Source: Erysipelotrichaceae bacterium (GTDB taxonomy: Bacteria > Bacillota_I > Bacilli_A > Erysipelotrichales > Erysipelotrichaceae). Taken from it: a stretch of 32,786 nt of DNA. Numbering within the stretch: position 1 is the first letter of the stretch; each line of letters starts with the position of its first letter. The notes beneath the pieces were generated by a model. The model saw nothing but the letters and a program-made list of their open reading frames with translations. It did no database searches and had not been told where the DNA came from. The position numbers and the translations under genes are program-made. Shown piece by piece: positions 15,096 to 25,002 of this stretch. The DNA lies in NCBI GenBank assembly GCA_017418585.1, contig JAFONG010000108.1, positions 1-32,786 of the forward strand, read 5' to 3'.

Positions 15096-16766
15096 TCAGT
15101 TCTCCTCATAATAATAGACAATAACTTTCTCATCCGCGGATTTCAGATAAGTCGATCCCAGTTCCGGCATCGTTCTGACTACCGTTCCAGGCGGAGCGTC
15201 CAGAACTTCTTCTGCAGTAAAGAATTCTTTGCTTTGTTTCGAGAATTCATATTCTACATCGTTGTTTCTGAAATAGGATGAAGCTTCTGACAAGGATTTT
15301 CCATACAAGTCATACGGCAGAAGCACAGCCGACTCCAGGGAATACTTCAAAGTGATTTCATTGTTCTTGGAAGCGTCGTACTTGGTTTTCGCCGGCAAGG
15401 ACTGTTCAATGACGGTTCCCGGTTCTTCATCGGATTCAACCGGGACAAGCTTTACCTTGAAGTTCAAGGCGATCAGTTCATCTCTCGCGGTGGTGTAATG
15501 CACGCCGGTATAATCGCCGAGTATTGAATAAACGCCGCTGGATACGGTAAGTTTTACCTTTGTTCCGGATTCAACTTCTTCTCCTTCTTCCGGGACGGAA
15601 GAGATGATCAGGTCTTTCTGAACATTGTCGGAAAGAGTCCATGTGATATGGGAATCGTCGACTTCCAGATTATTCAGCGCCAGAAGGTCCTTGGCTTCCT
15701 GAACGGTCAGATTCCTGATCTGCGGTACCGTTACGGTCTTTGTTCCTCTGCCTATGACGCCGGTAATAAACAGCAGCATGAACAGAACGATAACGGAGAA
15801 TATCGTAGTACAAAGCAGGAAAATCGACAGTAAAGGCGTGTCCTTTGTACCTTTCTTTGTTTTCTTGTTTGCGGTATCGGAAATATGAACGTTTTCGTTT
15901 GATTTTCTTTCCGGAATGTTCCTGATCTGCGCTCTCGGTTCATTACGGCGTGCCCGTTTCAGGCATTCGTTAAGATCCTGTATCATAAGAGCGATATTCT
16001 TGTACCGTTCGTTGACATTCTTTGCCGTAGCTTTCAGGATGATGTTTTCGACAGACTGCGGAATATTCGGATCAAAGCTCCTGACGGAAGGAATGTTTTC
16101 CTTGACATGTTTCAGAGCGACCTGGACAGGGTTATCGGCTTTGAAAGGAACATCTCCGGTCAGCAGTTCATAGAAAACGATTCCCAGCGAATAGATATCC
16201 GACTGCATCGATGCCTGTTTCCCTTTCGATATCTCCGGTGCAAGATAATGGACAGAACCCAGAATGGAATCCTTATGGGTGATCTGCATTGCTCCGGATG
16301 CCATGGCGATGCCGAAATCGGAAAGCTTGATCGTACCGTCGTCCTTGATCAGCACGTTCTGGGACTTCACGTCACGGTGAATGACGTTGTTGCGGTGCGC
16401 CTCCATCAGCGCTCCTGCCAGCTGTTTCATCATCCATACGGCTTCCTTGTAAGGAATCGGGCCCCTCTTCTTGATCAGCTGTTTCAGGGTATACCCCTTG
16501 ACATATTCCATGACGATATAGTGCTTGTCGCCGTCGTCGCCGACATCATAGACATCGACGATATTCGGATGCGACAGCTTGGTTACCGCTCCCGCTTCAC
16601 GCTTAAAACGCTCCAGTGCGACCGGATCATCCGACATGTCTGATTTCAGTACTTTTACCGCTACTTCTCTCTTTAGGATCGTATCATAAGCAAGATAGAC
16701 ATCCGCCATGCCTCCCTTGCCTATCAGTTTTACGATCCGGTAACGTTTTCCGATGTATTCCGACAT
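15096..16766 (-). CDS. prkC: Ser/Thr protein kinase with one TM helix and three extracellular PASTA repeats (PrkC/PknB type)
   Basis: Kinase motifs GKGGMADVY, VAVK, HRDVKSQN, DFG and APE. TM segment LLSIFLLCTTIFSVIVLFMLLFITGVIG. Three repeats of about 65 aa with PASTA-like spacing. Confidence 0.93.
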   Translation of the reverse strand: MSEYIGKRYRIVKLIGKGGMADVYLAYDTILKREVAVKVLKSDMSDDPVALERFKREAGAVTKLSHPNIVDVYDVGDDGDKHYIVMEYVKGYTLKQLIKKRGPIPYKEAVWMMKQLAGALMEAHRNNVIHRDVKSQNVLIKDDGTIKLSDFGIAMASGAMQITHKDSILGSVHYLAPEISKGKQASMQSDIYSLGIVFYELLTGDVPFKADNPVQVALKHVKENIPSVRSFDPNIPQSVENIILKATAKNVNERYKNIALMIQDLNECLKRARRNEPRAQIRNIPERKSNENVHISDTANKKTKKGTKDTPLLSIFLLCTTIFSVIVLFMLLFITGVIGRGTKTVTVPQIRNLTVQEAKDLLALNNLEVDDSHITWTLSDNVQKDLIISSVPEEGEEVESGTKVKLTVSSGVYSILGDYTGVHYTTARDELIALNFKVKLVPVESDEEPGTVIEQSLPAKTKYDASKNNEITLKYSLESAVLLPYDLYGKSLSEASSYFRNNDVEYEFSKQSKEFFTAEEVLDAPPGTVVRTMPELGSTYLKSADEKVIVYYYEEN

Positions 16767-17491
16767 TATTCCTTCACCAGTATGACTGTTACGTTGTCAT
16801 ATCCGCCTTTCAGCAGCGCAAGATCCTTGAGATCTTCCGTCTTTTCCTGTACCGTTCTATTCTGATCCACAACGATCTGCTGTATCTCTTTATCGCTCAC
16901 ATAGGAATGCAGTCCATCCGAGCAGATCAGATAGTAATCCATGTTCTTTACTTTATGAACATCGGCCTCTATTTCGCTGTATACGCCGATGGCTTTTACC
17001 AGATAGTGTTTTTTCGGATGGTTGATGGATTCCGTAAAGCTGATCTCCCCGTTCTCCAGCATCTGATTGACCAGAGTATGATCCTTGGTCAGATGAACGA
17101 CCAGGTCGTCGATAAAGCCGTAGACTCTGGAATCACCGCAGTTGATACTGACGGTACCGTGCGAAGTGATCATAATGCCGGTCAGAGTCGTACCCATCCC
17201 TTCGTATTCCTTGTATTTGATGGAGAGATCATGGATATGCCTGTTGACCATCGAAATATGAAAATTCAGATAACTGATCACATCTTCCAGTGTCGAAAAA
17301 GGTCCTGATTCCTTAAAAGCGAATTCAAAGTACTTGATCGTCTCTCCGCTTGCGACTTCTCCGGCCTTTCCGCCTCCTATTCCGTCAGCAACCAGAGCCA
17401 GAAAATCTCCGTGCTCGTTGTATAAGGCCAGATAGGAATCCTGGTTCTTTTCTCTTAACAGTCCAATATCGGTAATACAGTAATAATCCAT
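16766..17491 (-). CDS. prpC: PP2C-family Ser/Thr phosphatase (PrpC/Stp)
   Basis: Motifs TDIG..R..NQD, ADGIGG, CSDGL and DN.T. Overlaps prkC by 1 nt. Size 241 aa. Confidence 0.92.
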   Translation of the reverse strand: MDYYCITDIGLLREKNQDSYLALYNEHGDFLALVADGIGGGKAGEVASGETIKYFEFAFKESGPFSTLEDVISYLNFHISMVNRHIHDLSIKYKEYEGMGTTLTGIMITSHGTVSINCGDSRVYGFIDDLVVHLTKDHTLVNQMLENGEISFTESINHPKKHYLVKAIGVYSEIEADVHKVKNMDYYLICSDGLHSYVSDKEIQQIVVDQNRTVQEKTEDLKDLALLKGGYDNVTVILVKE

Positions 17492-17496
17492 CTTCT

Positions 17497-18528
17497 TTAT
17501 TTTATATGATTCGCCCTGAGTTGGCCACAGGCAGCGTCAATGTCGTCTCCTTTTTTCTGTCTCAAAGTAACGGCTACACCGTTTTTCTTTAACAGATCAT
17601 AAAATCTTAACGCATTCTCGTCATCCGAAGTTTCAAAGTCTTTCTCTGAAACCTTATTGTAAGGGATCAGATTGATGTAGGCATTCAATCCTTTCAGCAG
17701 ATCTCTGATCTCGTCGGCTTCCTTTTTGGAATCGTTGACTCCTTTCAGCAGCAGGTATTCAAACGTCAGACGGCGGTTGTTCAGAGTGCTGTATTCCTTT
17801 AAAGCATCAAACAGTACCGGAAGCGGATATGCCTTGTTTACAGGCATCAAAGAGCTTCTTAATTCATCGTTCGGGGCATGCAGCGAAATGGCAAGATTGT
17901 ACTGCAGGTTCTCTTTGGCAAATCTTCTGATTCCCGGAACGATGCCGCAGGTGGAAATGGAGATGTGCCTTGAACCGATCTGCAGTCCGTACGGATCATT
18001 CAGAATGTTCATTGCCCGCATGACGTTGTCGTAGTTGTCGAAAGGTTCTCCCGTTCCCATGACAACGATGTTTCCAAGCCGCTCACCGGCCTCATCCAGC
18101 TGTTTCTGAATCATCAGGGCCTGAGAAACGATCTCTCCGGCAGTCAAGTCGCGTTGTTTTTTCAATAGACCGGAGGCGCAGAAGCTGCAGCCCATGTTGC
18201 ATCCGACCTGAGAAGACAGACAGGCCGAAAAGCCGTAATCGAAAATCATCAGAACGGATTCTACGAGAGTATGGTCTTCCAGTTCAAAAAGGAATTTCTG
18301 GGTTCCGTCCCTGGAGATCTGTCTGTCTTTTACGGTCAAAGGAGAGATTGTAAAATCTTCCTTCAGTTTTGCGATCAGATTCTTGGATAAATCGGTCATC
18401 AGATCAAAATCATTGATCCTTTTATCATAGATCCAGCGGAATATCTGCCTGCCGTGAAAAGCCTTGATATGATTCTCCTCAAGGTATTCCTGCAGATCCT
18501 TCATTGATAAATCGTATATCGATCTCAT
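17497..18528 (-). CDS. rlmN: 23S rRNA/tRNA (adenine-C2)-methyltransferase, radical SAM
   Basis: Motifs CNMGCSFCASG, GTGEP and the C-terminal CGQL. Size 343 aa. Confidence 0.93.
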   Translation of the reverse strand: MRSIYDLSMKDLQEYLEENHIKAFHGRQIFRWIYDKRINDFDLMTDLSKNLIAKLKEDFTISPLTVKDRQISRDGTQKFLFELEDHTLVESVLMIFDYGFSACLSSQVGCNMGCSFCASGLLKKQRDLTAGEIVSQALMIQKQLDEAGERLGNIVVMGTGEPFDNYDNVMRAMNILNDPYGLQIGSRHISISTCGIVPGIRRFAKENLQYNLAISLHAPNDELRSSLMPVNKAYPLPVLFDALKEYSTLNNRRLTFEYLLLKGVNDSKKEADEIRDLLKGLNAYINLIPYNKVSEKDFETSDDENALRFYDLLKKNGVAVTLRQKKGDDIDAACGQLRANHIK

Positions 18529-19721
18529 TCTTTCACCCTTTTTATCTTAGCATAATAGAAAGCATCGCCCGCTTCATTAATGATCGTATCCTCTTCCAGC
18601 AATTCAAATCGCCCCTCTTCACTAAGAAACTTCCTGATCAGTCTATCGTTCTCTTTCCTATTTAGCGTACAGGTCGAATAGAGAACGATTCCGTCTATTT
18701 TTACCAGTTCCTTGATGCTGTGCAGCAGTTCAAGCTGCAGCTTTTCCAGTTCATCCAGATTTTCCGGCCTGACATGGAATTTCAGATCCGGTTTTCTGCC
18801 TATGACTCCTAGACCCGAGCATGGAGCGTCCAGCATGATCCTGTCAAACTGAAGATTCAGAACATCCTTCAGCTTTCTTCCATCCAGATTCAGATAATGG
18901 ATACCCTTATAATCCAGTTTCTCTGCCATTTTCCGAATCAGTTTCACCCTGCTTTCATGCAGATCGTTGGCGTAGCAGTTTTCCGGTTTCAGGACATCCA
19001 GACAGTTGAAAAGCTTTGATCCTGGTGCGCTGCATACATCCAGCAAAGTATGATCTTTTTTCAGATCCAGATGTCTGTATAAAGATGCACTGTTGCAGTC
19101 CTGTACATAGAAATATCCGTTCTTATACTCTTCTGTCGTCAAAAGATTCTCTGCCGATGTAAAAATATCGTCATTCAAAACTGTGATGTTCAGTTTTTCA
19201 AGATCATGCATCCCGCATTTCTTCTTGTTGATGCGGTAATAGACGGAAGGAATCTTCTGATAGACATTCAATATCTTCTTCAGCGTTTCCTCGTCGTACT
19301 GGCTTGACAGGAGCCTGTAGATCCATTCCGGAAGATTGAATCTGATCCACGGATCTTCCGCTTCCTTCAGAACCTTCATCTTGTGCAGCAAGGCGTTGAT
19401 AAATGCCTTCTCGTGCCTGTTTCTTCCAAGTTCGACATATTCGTTGTTTACGACATAGTCCTTTTCTTTCAGATAGAAACGTTCGTATAAAGCCATGCAC
19501 AGAATCAGTCTGGTTCGCAAAGCGGTATCCGCCTTTACTTCATCCCGAAACTGATAAGAAAGATACTCGTATTTTCTTAATACGCCGTTGATCAGATTCG
19601 TCGTAAAAGCCCGCTGGATCTGCGGCAGCTTCTCCAGTTCTTTACGCATCAAAAGATTGGAATAGGATTCCTCTTTGATCGTCTTGTACAGTATTTCTAA
19701 TGCGGTCTCTCTCTGGTTCAT
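18525..19721 (-). CDS. rsmB: 16S rRNA (cytosine967-C5)-methyltransferase
   Basis: NusB-like N-terminal domain, then DVCSAPGSK, DAPCSGLG and YSTCT motifs. Size 398 aa. Confidence 0.9.
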   Translation of the reverse strand: MNQRETALEILYKTIKEESYSNLLMRKELEKLPQIQRAFTTNLINGVLRKYEYLSYQFRDEVKADTALRTRLILCMALYERFYLKEKDYVVNNEYVELGRNRHEKAFINALLHKMKVLKEAEDPWIRFNLPEWIYRLLSSQYDEETLKKILNVYQKIPSVYYRINKKKCGMHDLEKLNITVLNDDIFTSAENLLTTEEYKNGYFYVQDCNSASLYRHLDLKKDHTLLDVCSAPGSKLFNCLDVLKPENCYANDLHESRVKLIRKMAEKLDYKGIHYLNLDGRKLKDVLNLQFDRIMLDAPCSGLGVIGRKPDLKFHVRPENLDELEKLQLELLHSIKELVKIDGIVLYSTCTLNRKENDRLIRKFLSEEGRFELLEEDTIINEAGDAFYYAKIKRVKE

Positions 19722-19723
19722 GT

Positions 19724-21880
19724 TTATTCTAGATATAACGGATCGATGTCCACTTTGATTCTGGATACGTTGTTTCTCTTCAGGTATCTATCGATGATCT
19801 GATGAAGATCTTTTAGCATGCCGATGAGATCCTTATCCATGATCAGTATTCTCTTTCTGAACTGTTTCTTGATCTTGGCCATCTCGTATAGACGGTATTT
19901 CTTGTATTTCAGTCTGCCGATTTCTTCATCCAGAAGCTCGGCCGATGTATTGAGCCTGGATTCATTGGCATCGGAAACAATCATTTCAACGATATGCGAA
20001 TACGGCGGATAGCCGGTCTTTTCCCGGTAGTTCATCTCGATGCGGTAGAAATAGCCGTAGTCCTGATTCATGACAGCCTTGATGGCGTAGTGTTCGGTAT
20101 TGAAAGCCTGGATAATCACCTGTCCCTTGCTGTTGGCCCTGCCGGATCTTCCTGATGCCTGCATCAGCAGATCGAAAGTCATCTTGGCGGAGTTATAGTC
20201 CTGATGCATCAGTCCGGCATCGGCATTCAGGATGCCTACCAGTGTAACATCGGGATAATCCAGACCCTTGGCAATCATCTGCGTTCCGATCAGAATATCC
20301 GTTTCATGCGACTCAAAACGCTTCAGAATCCTCTCGTGAGCTCCTTTTCTTTCCACATTGTCGCGGTCCATTCTTTCAATCCTGGCTTCAGGATAACGCT
20401 GATGGAGTTCCTCTTCGACTCTTTTGGTACCGAATCCATAATAGACCAAAGAATTCTTGCCGCAGTTCGGACAGGTCTTCGGTATCCTGTATGTTCTTCC
20501 GCACTGATGACATTTCAGTACATTTTCATCCTTATGATAATTCAAAGGGGTATCGCAGTCCGTGCACATCAGCGTCGTAGAACATTCACTGCATTTGATG
20601 ATCGGTGAATATCCTCTTCTGTTCAGTAAAATGATCACCTGTTTACTCTGTTCCAGAGTCTTCCTGATGGCTTCATCCAGAGGCTTTGAAATGATGTAGG
20701 AATCTCTTTGCCTGATCTGTCTGGCCAGATCTATGACTTTGATCTCCGGGAGATTGAGATTGATCCTGTTCTGCAGCTGCAGAAACTCGTAATCCCCTTT
20801 TAAGGCTCTGGTATAGGATTCCAGAGAAGGCGTAGCGCTTGCCAGAAGGACCTTGGCCTGATGCGTAAGGGCACGTCTGAATGCTACGTTCTTTACATGG
20901 TAGCACGGAACGTTATCCTGCTTGTAGGACTGGTCATGTTCCTCGTCAATGATGATCATTCCCAGTTTCTGAAACGGCAGAAAGATCGCGCTTCTGGTGC
21001 CTACAACGATCCTTACCTCACCCTGTTTTACTCTTTTATACTGCTCATAGCGTTCCTGATCCGATAGTTCGGAATGATAGAAAACGACGTCTTCAAAACG
21101 TTCTTTTACCCGTTGTATCATCTGCGGCGTCAGAGAGATCTCAGGTACCAAGATCAGAACATCCTTATTCTGTTTCAGATAATATCTCGCCAGATGAAGA
21201 TAGACTTCCGTCTTGCCGCTGCCGGTTACGCCAAATAGTAAAGATACGGTCTTGTCCGTTTCAATGATTCTGTCGTAGGATTTCTGCTGATCAGACGTCA
21301 GCTGTTTGAATGAAGACTGGGAAATCGGCCGGTTCTCGTATTCCGCTTCAGATACGTATTCGCTGATCGCACCTTTTTCCAGCAATTTCTTAACGATACC
21401 GGTGCTGATCCTGTTAGCATCCGTCAGCGTCATGTCGTCTGTCAGCTGTTCATAGACTTTTCTCTGTTTCTGTGTCAGATCGAATTCTCCCGCATTCTTT
21501 CTGATTCTTCTGATCATCTTGGGATTCTTGATGATTTTGTCTGTTTTTAGAGTTTTCGGCAGCATCGCATTAAGACAGCTGATCAGCGGCGACACGGTCG
21601 TTCTTGAAAGCCAGAACGCCAGTTCAAAAAGTTCATCGGACAGTACCGGCTCGCTGTCTATCACTTCCAGTACAGGAAGCGGTTCAAATCCCAGCTCTAC
21701 CTTGATTTCCTGAATATCTTTATCCGTGTATCTGCATCCCGATACGATCGCGTGGTTCGGTGCATGATGAAACTCGACCTTTACTCTGCAGAACTTCTTT
21801 ACAGGTGCATCGGAATAATAAGTAAACGGCCTATCGACATTCAGACTGGCGTTTGTGACATAGACTTCAATCAGATACAT
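19724..21880 (-). CDS. priA: Primosomal protein N' (replication restart helicase PriA)
   Basis: Walker A GVTGSGKTEVY, DEEH, two CxxC zinc-finger pairs (CSEC...CTDC, CHQC...CPNC) and QA.GR.GR. Size 718 aa. Confidence 0.95.
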   Translation of the reverse strand: MYLIEVYVTNASLNVDRPFTYYSDAPVKKFCRVKVEFHHAPNHAIVSGCRYTDKDIQEIKVELGFEPLPVLEVIDSEPVLSDELFELAFWLSRTTVSPLISCLNAMLPKTLKTDKIIKNPKMIRRIRKNAGEFDLTQKQRKVYEQLTDDMTLTDANRISTGIVKKLLEKGAISEYVSEAEYENRPISQSSFKQLTSDQQKSYDRIIETDKTVSLLFGVTGSGKTEVYLHLARYYLKQNKDVLILVPEISLTPQMIQRVKERFEDVVFYHSELSDQERYEQYKRVKQGEVRIVVGTRSAIFLPFQKLGMIIIDEEHDQSYKQDNVPCYHVKNVAFRRALTHQAKVLLASATPSLESYTRALKGDYEFLQLQNRINLNLPEIKVIDLARQIRQRDSYIISKPLDEAIRKTLEQSKQVIILLNRRGYSPIIKCSECSTTLMCTDCDTPLNYHKDENVLKCHQCGRTYRIPKTCPNCGKNSLVYYGFGTKRVEEELHQRYPEARIERMDRDNVERKGAHERILKRFESHETDILIGTQMIAKGLDYPDVTLVGILNADAGLMHQDYNSAKMTFDLLMQASGRSGRANSKGQVIIQAFNTEHYAIKAVMNQDYGYFYRIEMNYREKTGYPPYSHIVEMIVSDANESRLNTSAELLDEEIGRLKYKKYRLYEMAKIKKQFRKRILIMDKDLIGMLKDLHQIIDRYLKRNNVSRIKVDIDPLYLE

Positions 21881-21886
21881 ACCATC

Positions 21887-21895
21887 ATTATAACA
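21887..21895 (-). promoter_or_regulatory. Extended -10 box TGTTATAAT placed 6 nt upstream of the priA ATG
   Basis: The - strand reads CTTGTTATAAT-GATGGT-ATG. This matches the TGnTATAAT consensus. No SD is present. The usual 7-nt distance puts +1 on the A of the ATG. Confidence 0.4.
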
Positions 21896-21921
21896 AGAAA
21901 AAGGAGCTATCCTATAGCTCC
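21896..21921 (-). terminator. Rho-independent terminator after sufB
   Basis: Stem GGAGCTAT / ATAGCTCC (21903-21921) contains the sufB TAG stop. It is followed on the - strand by TTTTTCTT. Confidence 0.7.
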
Positions 21922-23340
21922 TTCCATATCCATTTTCAGCAGCTGATTCAGCTCTACCGCATATTCCATCGGCAGTTCTCTGGTAAATGGTTCCAGGAAC
22001 CCCATGACGATCATTTCCGTAGCCTGGGATTCACTTAAACCCCTGCTCATCAGATAGAACAGTTCATCCTCCGAGATCTTGGAAACTTTCGCCTCATGTT
22101 CTATCGTTGAAAGATGATTCTCGTTGGTGTTCTTAGGAATCGTATCGCTTTTCGAGATATCGTCCAGGATCAGCGTATCGCATTCGATCTTGGCCTTGGA
22201 GTAATCGGCTTTTCTGGAGAAACGGATCCAGTCGCGGAAGTTTGTGATGCCTCCGTTACGGGAAACGGATTTCGAAATGATGGATGATGAGGTATGAGGA
22301 GCCAGATGGATCATCTTGGCACCCGTATCCTGCTGCTGTCCCCTGGAACCTACGGCAATCGAAATGCACAAACCGTGGGCATACTCGCCCGCCAGGATAC
22401 ATGCCGGGTATTTCATGGAAATCCGCGAACCGATATTGCCGTCGATCCATTCCATGGTTCCGTGCGCTTCCACCTTGGCTCTTTTGGTGACCAGATTCAG
22501 AATATTGCCGGACCAGTTCTGTACGGAAGAGTACCTGCAGGTAGCGCCTTCTCCGACAAATACCTCGACGACTGCCGCATGCATGGAATCTTTGGAATAC
22601 TGCGGAGCGGTACATCCTTCCACATAGGAACACTTGGCTCCGTCATCGACAATGATGATCGATCTCTCAAACTGTCCCATGGCTTCGGAATTGATGCGGA
22701 AATAGGACTGTAGCGGTTTTTCCAGCTCTACCCCTTTCGGTACGTAAATAAAGCTTCCTCCCGACCATACGGCCGAGTTCAGTGCCGCAAGTTTGTTGTC
22801 CGTCGGCGGAACGATAGTTGCGAAGTATTTCTTAAACAGATCCGGGTATTCTTTTAAGGCACTGTCGATATCAAGGAATATGACGCCCTTCTCTTTCACC
22901 TCTTCCAGCATGTTATGGTAAACGGCTTCCGACTCGTATTGTGTCGTTACACCGGCCAGGTATTTCCTCTCGGCTTCCGGAATGCCCAGCTTTTCAAACG
23001 TATTCTTGATCTCTTCCGGAACGTCTTCCCAGCTCTTTTCCGTTTCCTGAGACGCCTTACGGTAGTAGGTAAAATCCTGGAAGTCGATCTCCGAAAGATC
23101 AGGGCCCCACTTCTGCATCTCCATCTTTTCAAACACATGAAAAGCCTTGAGCCTGAATTCGCACATCCAATCCGGTTCGTTCTTGTAGGCGGAGATCTTT
23201 CTGACGATCTCCTCATTCAGTCCTTTACCGGTATCTATCAGCGACTCAACATCATCATGAAAACCGTACTTGTAGTCGTCCTGAGCGTAGATCGCATCTT
23301 CTTTTCTACGATCACTCATTCCTGTTCTCGCTTTCTTCAA
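21907..23340 (-). CDS. sufB: Fe-S cluster assembly scaffold protein SufB
   Basis: YKYGFHD near the N-terminus and a long conserved SufB/SufD beta-helix region. The TTG start at 23340 follows SD GGAGA. ATG at 23319 is an alternative start. Confidence 0.93.
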   Translation of the reverse strand: MKKARTGMSDRRKEDAIYAQDDYKYGFHDDVESLIDTGKGLNEEIVRKISAYKNEPDWMCEFRLKAFHVFEKMEMQKWGPDLSEIDFQDFTYYRKASQETEKSWEDVPEEIKNTFEKLGIPEAERKYLAGVTTQYESEAVYHNMLEEVKEKGVIFLDIDSALKEYPDLFKKYFATIVPPTDNKLAALNSAVWSGGSFIYVPKGVELEKPLQSYFRINSEAMGQFERSIIIVDDGAKCSYVEGCTAPQYSKDSMHAAVVEVFVGEGATCRYSSVQNWSGNILNLVTKRAKVEAHGTMEWIDGNIGSRISMKYPACILAGEYAHGLCISIAVGSRGQQQDTGAKMIHLAPHTSSSIISKSVSRNGGITNFRDWIRFSRKADYSKAKIECDTLILDDISKSDTIPKNTNENHLSTIEHEAKVSKISEDELFYLMSRGLSESQATEMIVMGFLEPFTRELPMEYAVELNQLLKMDMEGAIG

Positions 23341-23770
23341 TCATCTCCTGCATCGCTTTCCAGCCTATGGTCGCGCATTTGATGCGGTTTGCTTGTTTGT
23401 ATACGTTCTTAAAGGCTACGGCCTCTTCCAGTTTCTCCGGGTCATAGTCCTTGTTTTCAATCATATTCAGATAGGTTTCGATGATATCCTTGGCTTCTTC
23501 CAGGGTCTTTCCTTTCAGAAGATCGCTCATCATCGATGTGCTTGCGGTAGATATGGTACAGGCAATGCCGTCAAAACGGACGTCTTTGATCACGCCATCC
23601 TGGATATCGGTCTGTACGGTGATATCATCGATGCAGCTGTCAGAAGCCATGTGTCTGGACAGTATATCTTCTTTATCAACCAGTCCGTGATTGTGAGGAT
23701 ATTTGTAATGATCCATGACCAGTTCTCTTAAAAACACAGGATCATTCAGCAGTTCATCTGTTCTACTCAT
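23312..23770 (-). CDS. sufU: SufU-type sulfur-transfer/scaffold protein (IscU-like)
   Basis: Cys ligands are in SufU positions ([17 protein letters not shown]). Located between sufS and sufB. SD AGGAGGAA. Confidence 0.9.
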   Translation of the reverse strand: MSRTDELLNDPVFLRELVMDHYKYPHNHGLVDKEDILSRHMASDSCIDDITVQTDIQDGVIKDVRFDGIACTISTASTSMMSDLLKGKTLEEAKDIIETYLNMIENKDYDPEKLEEAVAFKNVYKQANRIKCATIGWKAMQEMIEESENRNE

Positions 23771-23781
23771 CTTCTTTCCTC

Positions 23782-25002
23782 CTAAATAAACACATCGATT
23801 GCCGATTCCAGAGACAGACCTTTCAGCGCTTCAGTGAAAACATCGATTTCTTCCTTTGTATTGTAGAAATACAGAGAAGCTCTGACGCTCTGATCTGTAC
23901 CGATGATCTCGTGCAGTATCTTTGCACAGTGATTTCCGGATCTTACAGCAATATTCTTTGATGCCAGATACCCGGCGACGTCCTGAGCAAAAATGTCTTT
24001 CACATTGAATGTTACAGGACCGCTTTGATTATCCGGGTTGTACAGGACAATCTGATCCAGATCCTTGATTTTTCCGATAAAATATCTTTTTAATTCTTCT
24101 TCGTATGCGTTAATACGATCCATTCCCAGATCCATCAGATACTCACAGGCTGCGGAAAGACCGATGACGCCTTCGATATTCGGCGTTCCGGCTTCGAATT
24201 TCACCGGTGCATCTTTCAGAATATAGGTACCGTCCGCATAAAACCTGGCATTCATGCCTCCGCCAAGCAGCAACGGATCCATTTCCTGCAATAGATGATA
24301 TTTGCCGATCAGAACGCCTACACCGTCAGGACCGCACATCTTGTGTGATGAAAAACAGAAGAAATCCGCATCCAGATCCTTGAAATCGACCTTACGGTGT
24401 CCGATCGCCTGAGCTCCGTCTACACAGACCAGAATATTCTTTTCATGAGCGATCCGGCATATTTCTTTAATCGGCTGCACGGATCCCAGAACATTTGTCA
24501 CATAGGCAAGAGAAATGACTTTCACGGTATCGTCCAGACAATCCTTAAAGGCTTCCAGATCGACGTTTGCCTGTTTATCCAGCGGAATGTAACGGATCCT
24601 GAAACCTTTCTGCTTTGAAAGATAGAACCACGGCAGAAGATTGCTGGCATGTTCCGCTTCGCTTAATAGAACGGTATCTCCTTCTTTCAGATGATCCTTT
24701 GTAAGACCGTATGCAACCTGATTCAATGCGGCAGTCACATTGGCCAGAAAAACGACTTCCTTCGGCTCGCAGTTCACCAGTCTTGCTACCGCTTCTCTGG
24801 CATTGTCGTAGGCTTTATCCGCTCTGACCGCCGTATCGTAGTCTCCGCGCTCGATATTGCTGTTGTAGGAAGTGTAGTATTCCATCACTGCATCCAGAAC
24901 GCGCTTCGGCTTGTAAGTCGTCGCTGAATTATCAAAATAAATCATATCCGGATGATTCACGATCATAGGAAAATCTTTACGTACTTCGTTCACATCAAAC
25001 AT
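23782..25002 (-). CDS. sufS: Cysteine desulfurase SufS (class II aminotransferase V)
   Basis: PLP lysine motif SSHKMCGP and active-site RSGNHCA. Size 406 aa. Confidence 0.93.
   Translation of the reverse strand: MFDVNEVRKDFPMIVNHPDMIYFDNSATTYKPKRVLDAVMEYYTSYNSNIERGDYDTAVRADKAYDNAREAVARLVNCEPKEVVFLANVTAALNQVAYGLTKDHLKEGDTVLLSEAEHASNLLPWFYLSKQKGFRIRYIPLDKQANVDLEAFKDCLDDTVKVISLAYVTNVLGSVQPIKEICRIAHEKNILVCVDGAQAIGHRKVDFKDLDADFFCFSSHKMCGPDGVGVLIGKYHLLQEMDPLLLGGGMNARFYADGTYILKDAPVKFEAGTPNIEGVIGLSAACEYLMDLGMDRINAYEEELKRYFIGKIKDLDQIVLYNPDNQSGPVTFNVKDIFAQDVAGYLASKNIAVRSGNHCAKILHEIIGTDQSVRASLYFYNTKEEIDVFTEALKGLSLESAIDVFI

Noticed and set aside
16616-17308. 230-aa + strand ORF spanning the prkC/prpC junction
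   Set aside because: It is antisense to two confidently identified genes and has no start context or motif support.
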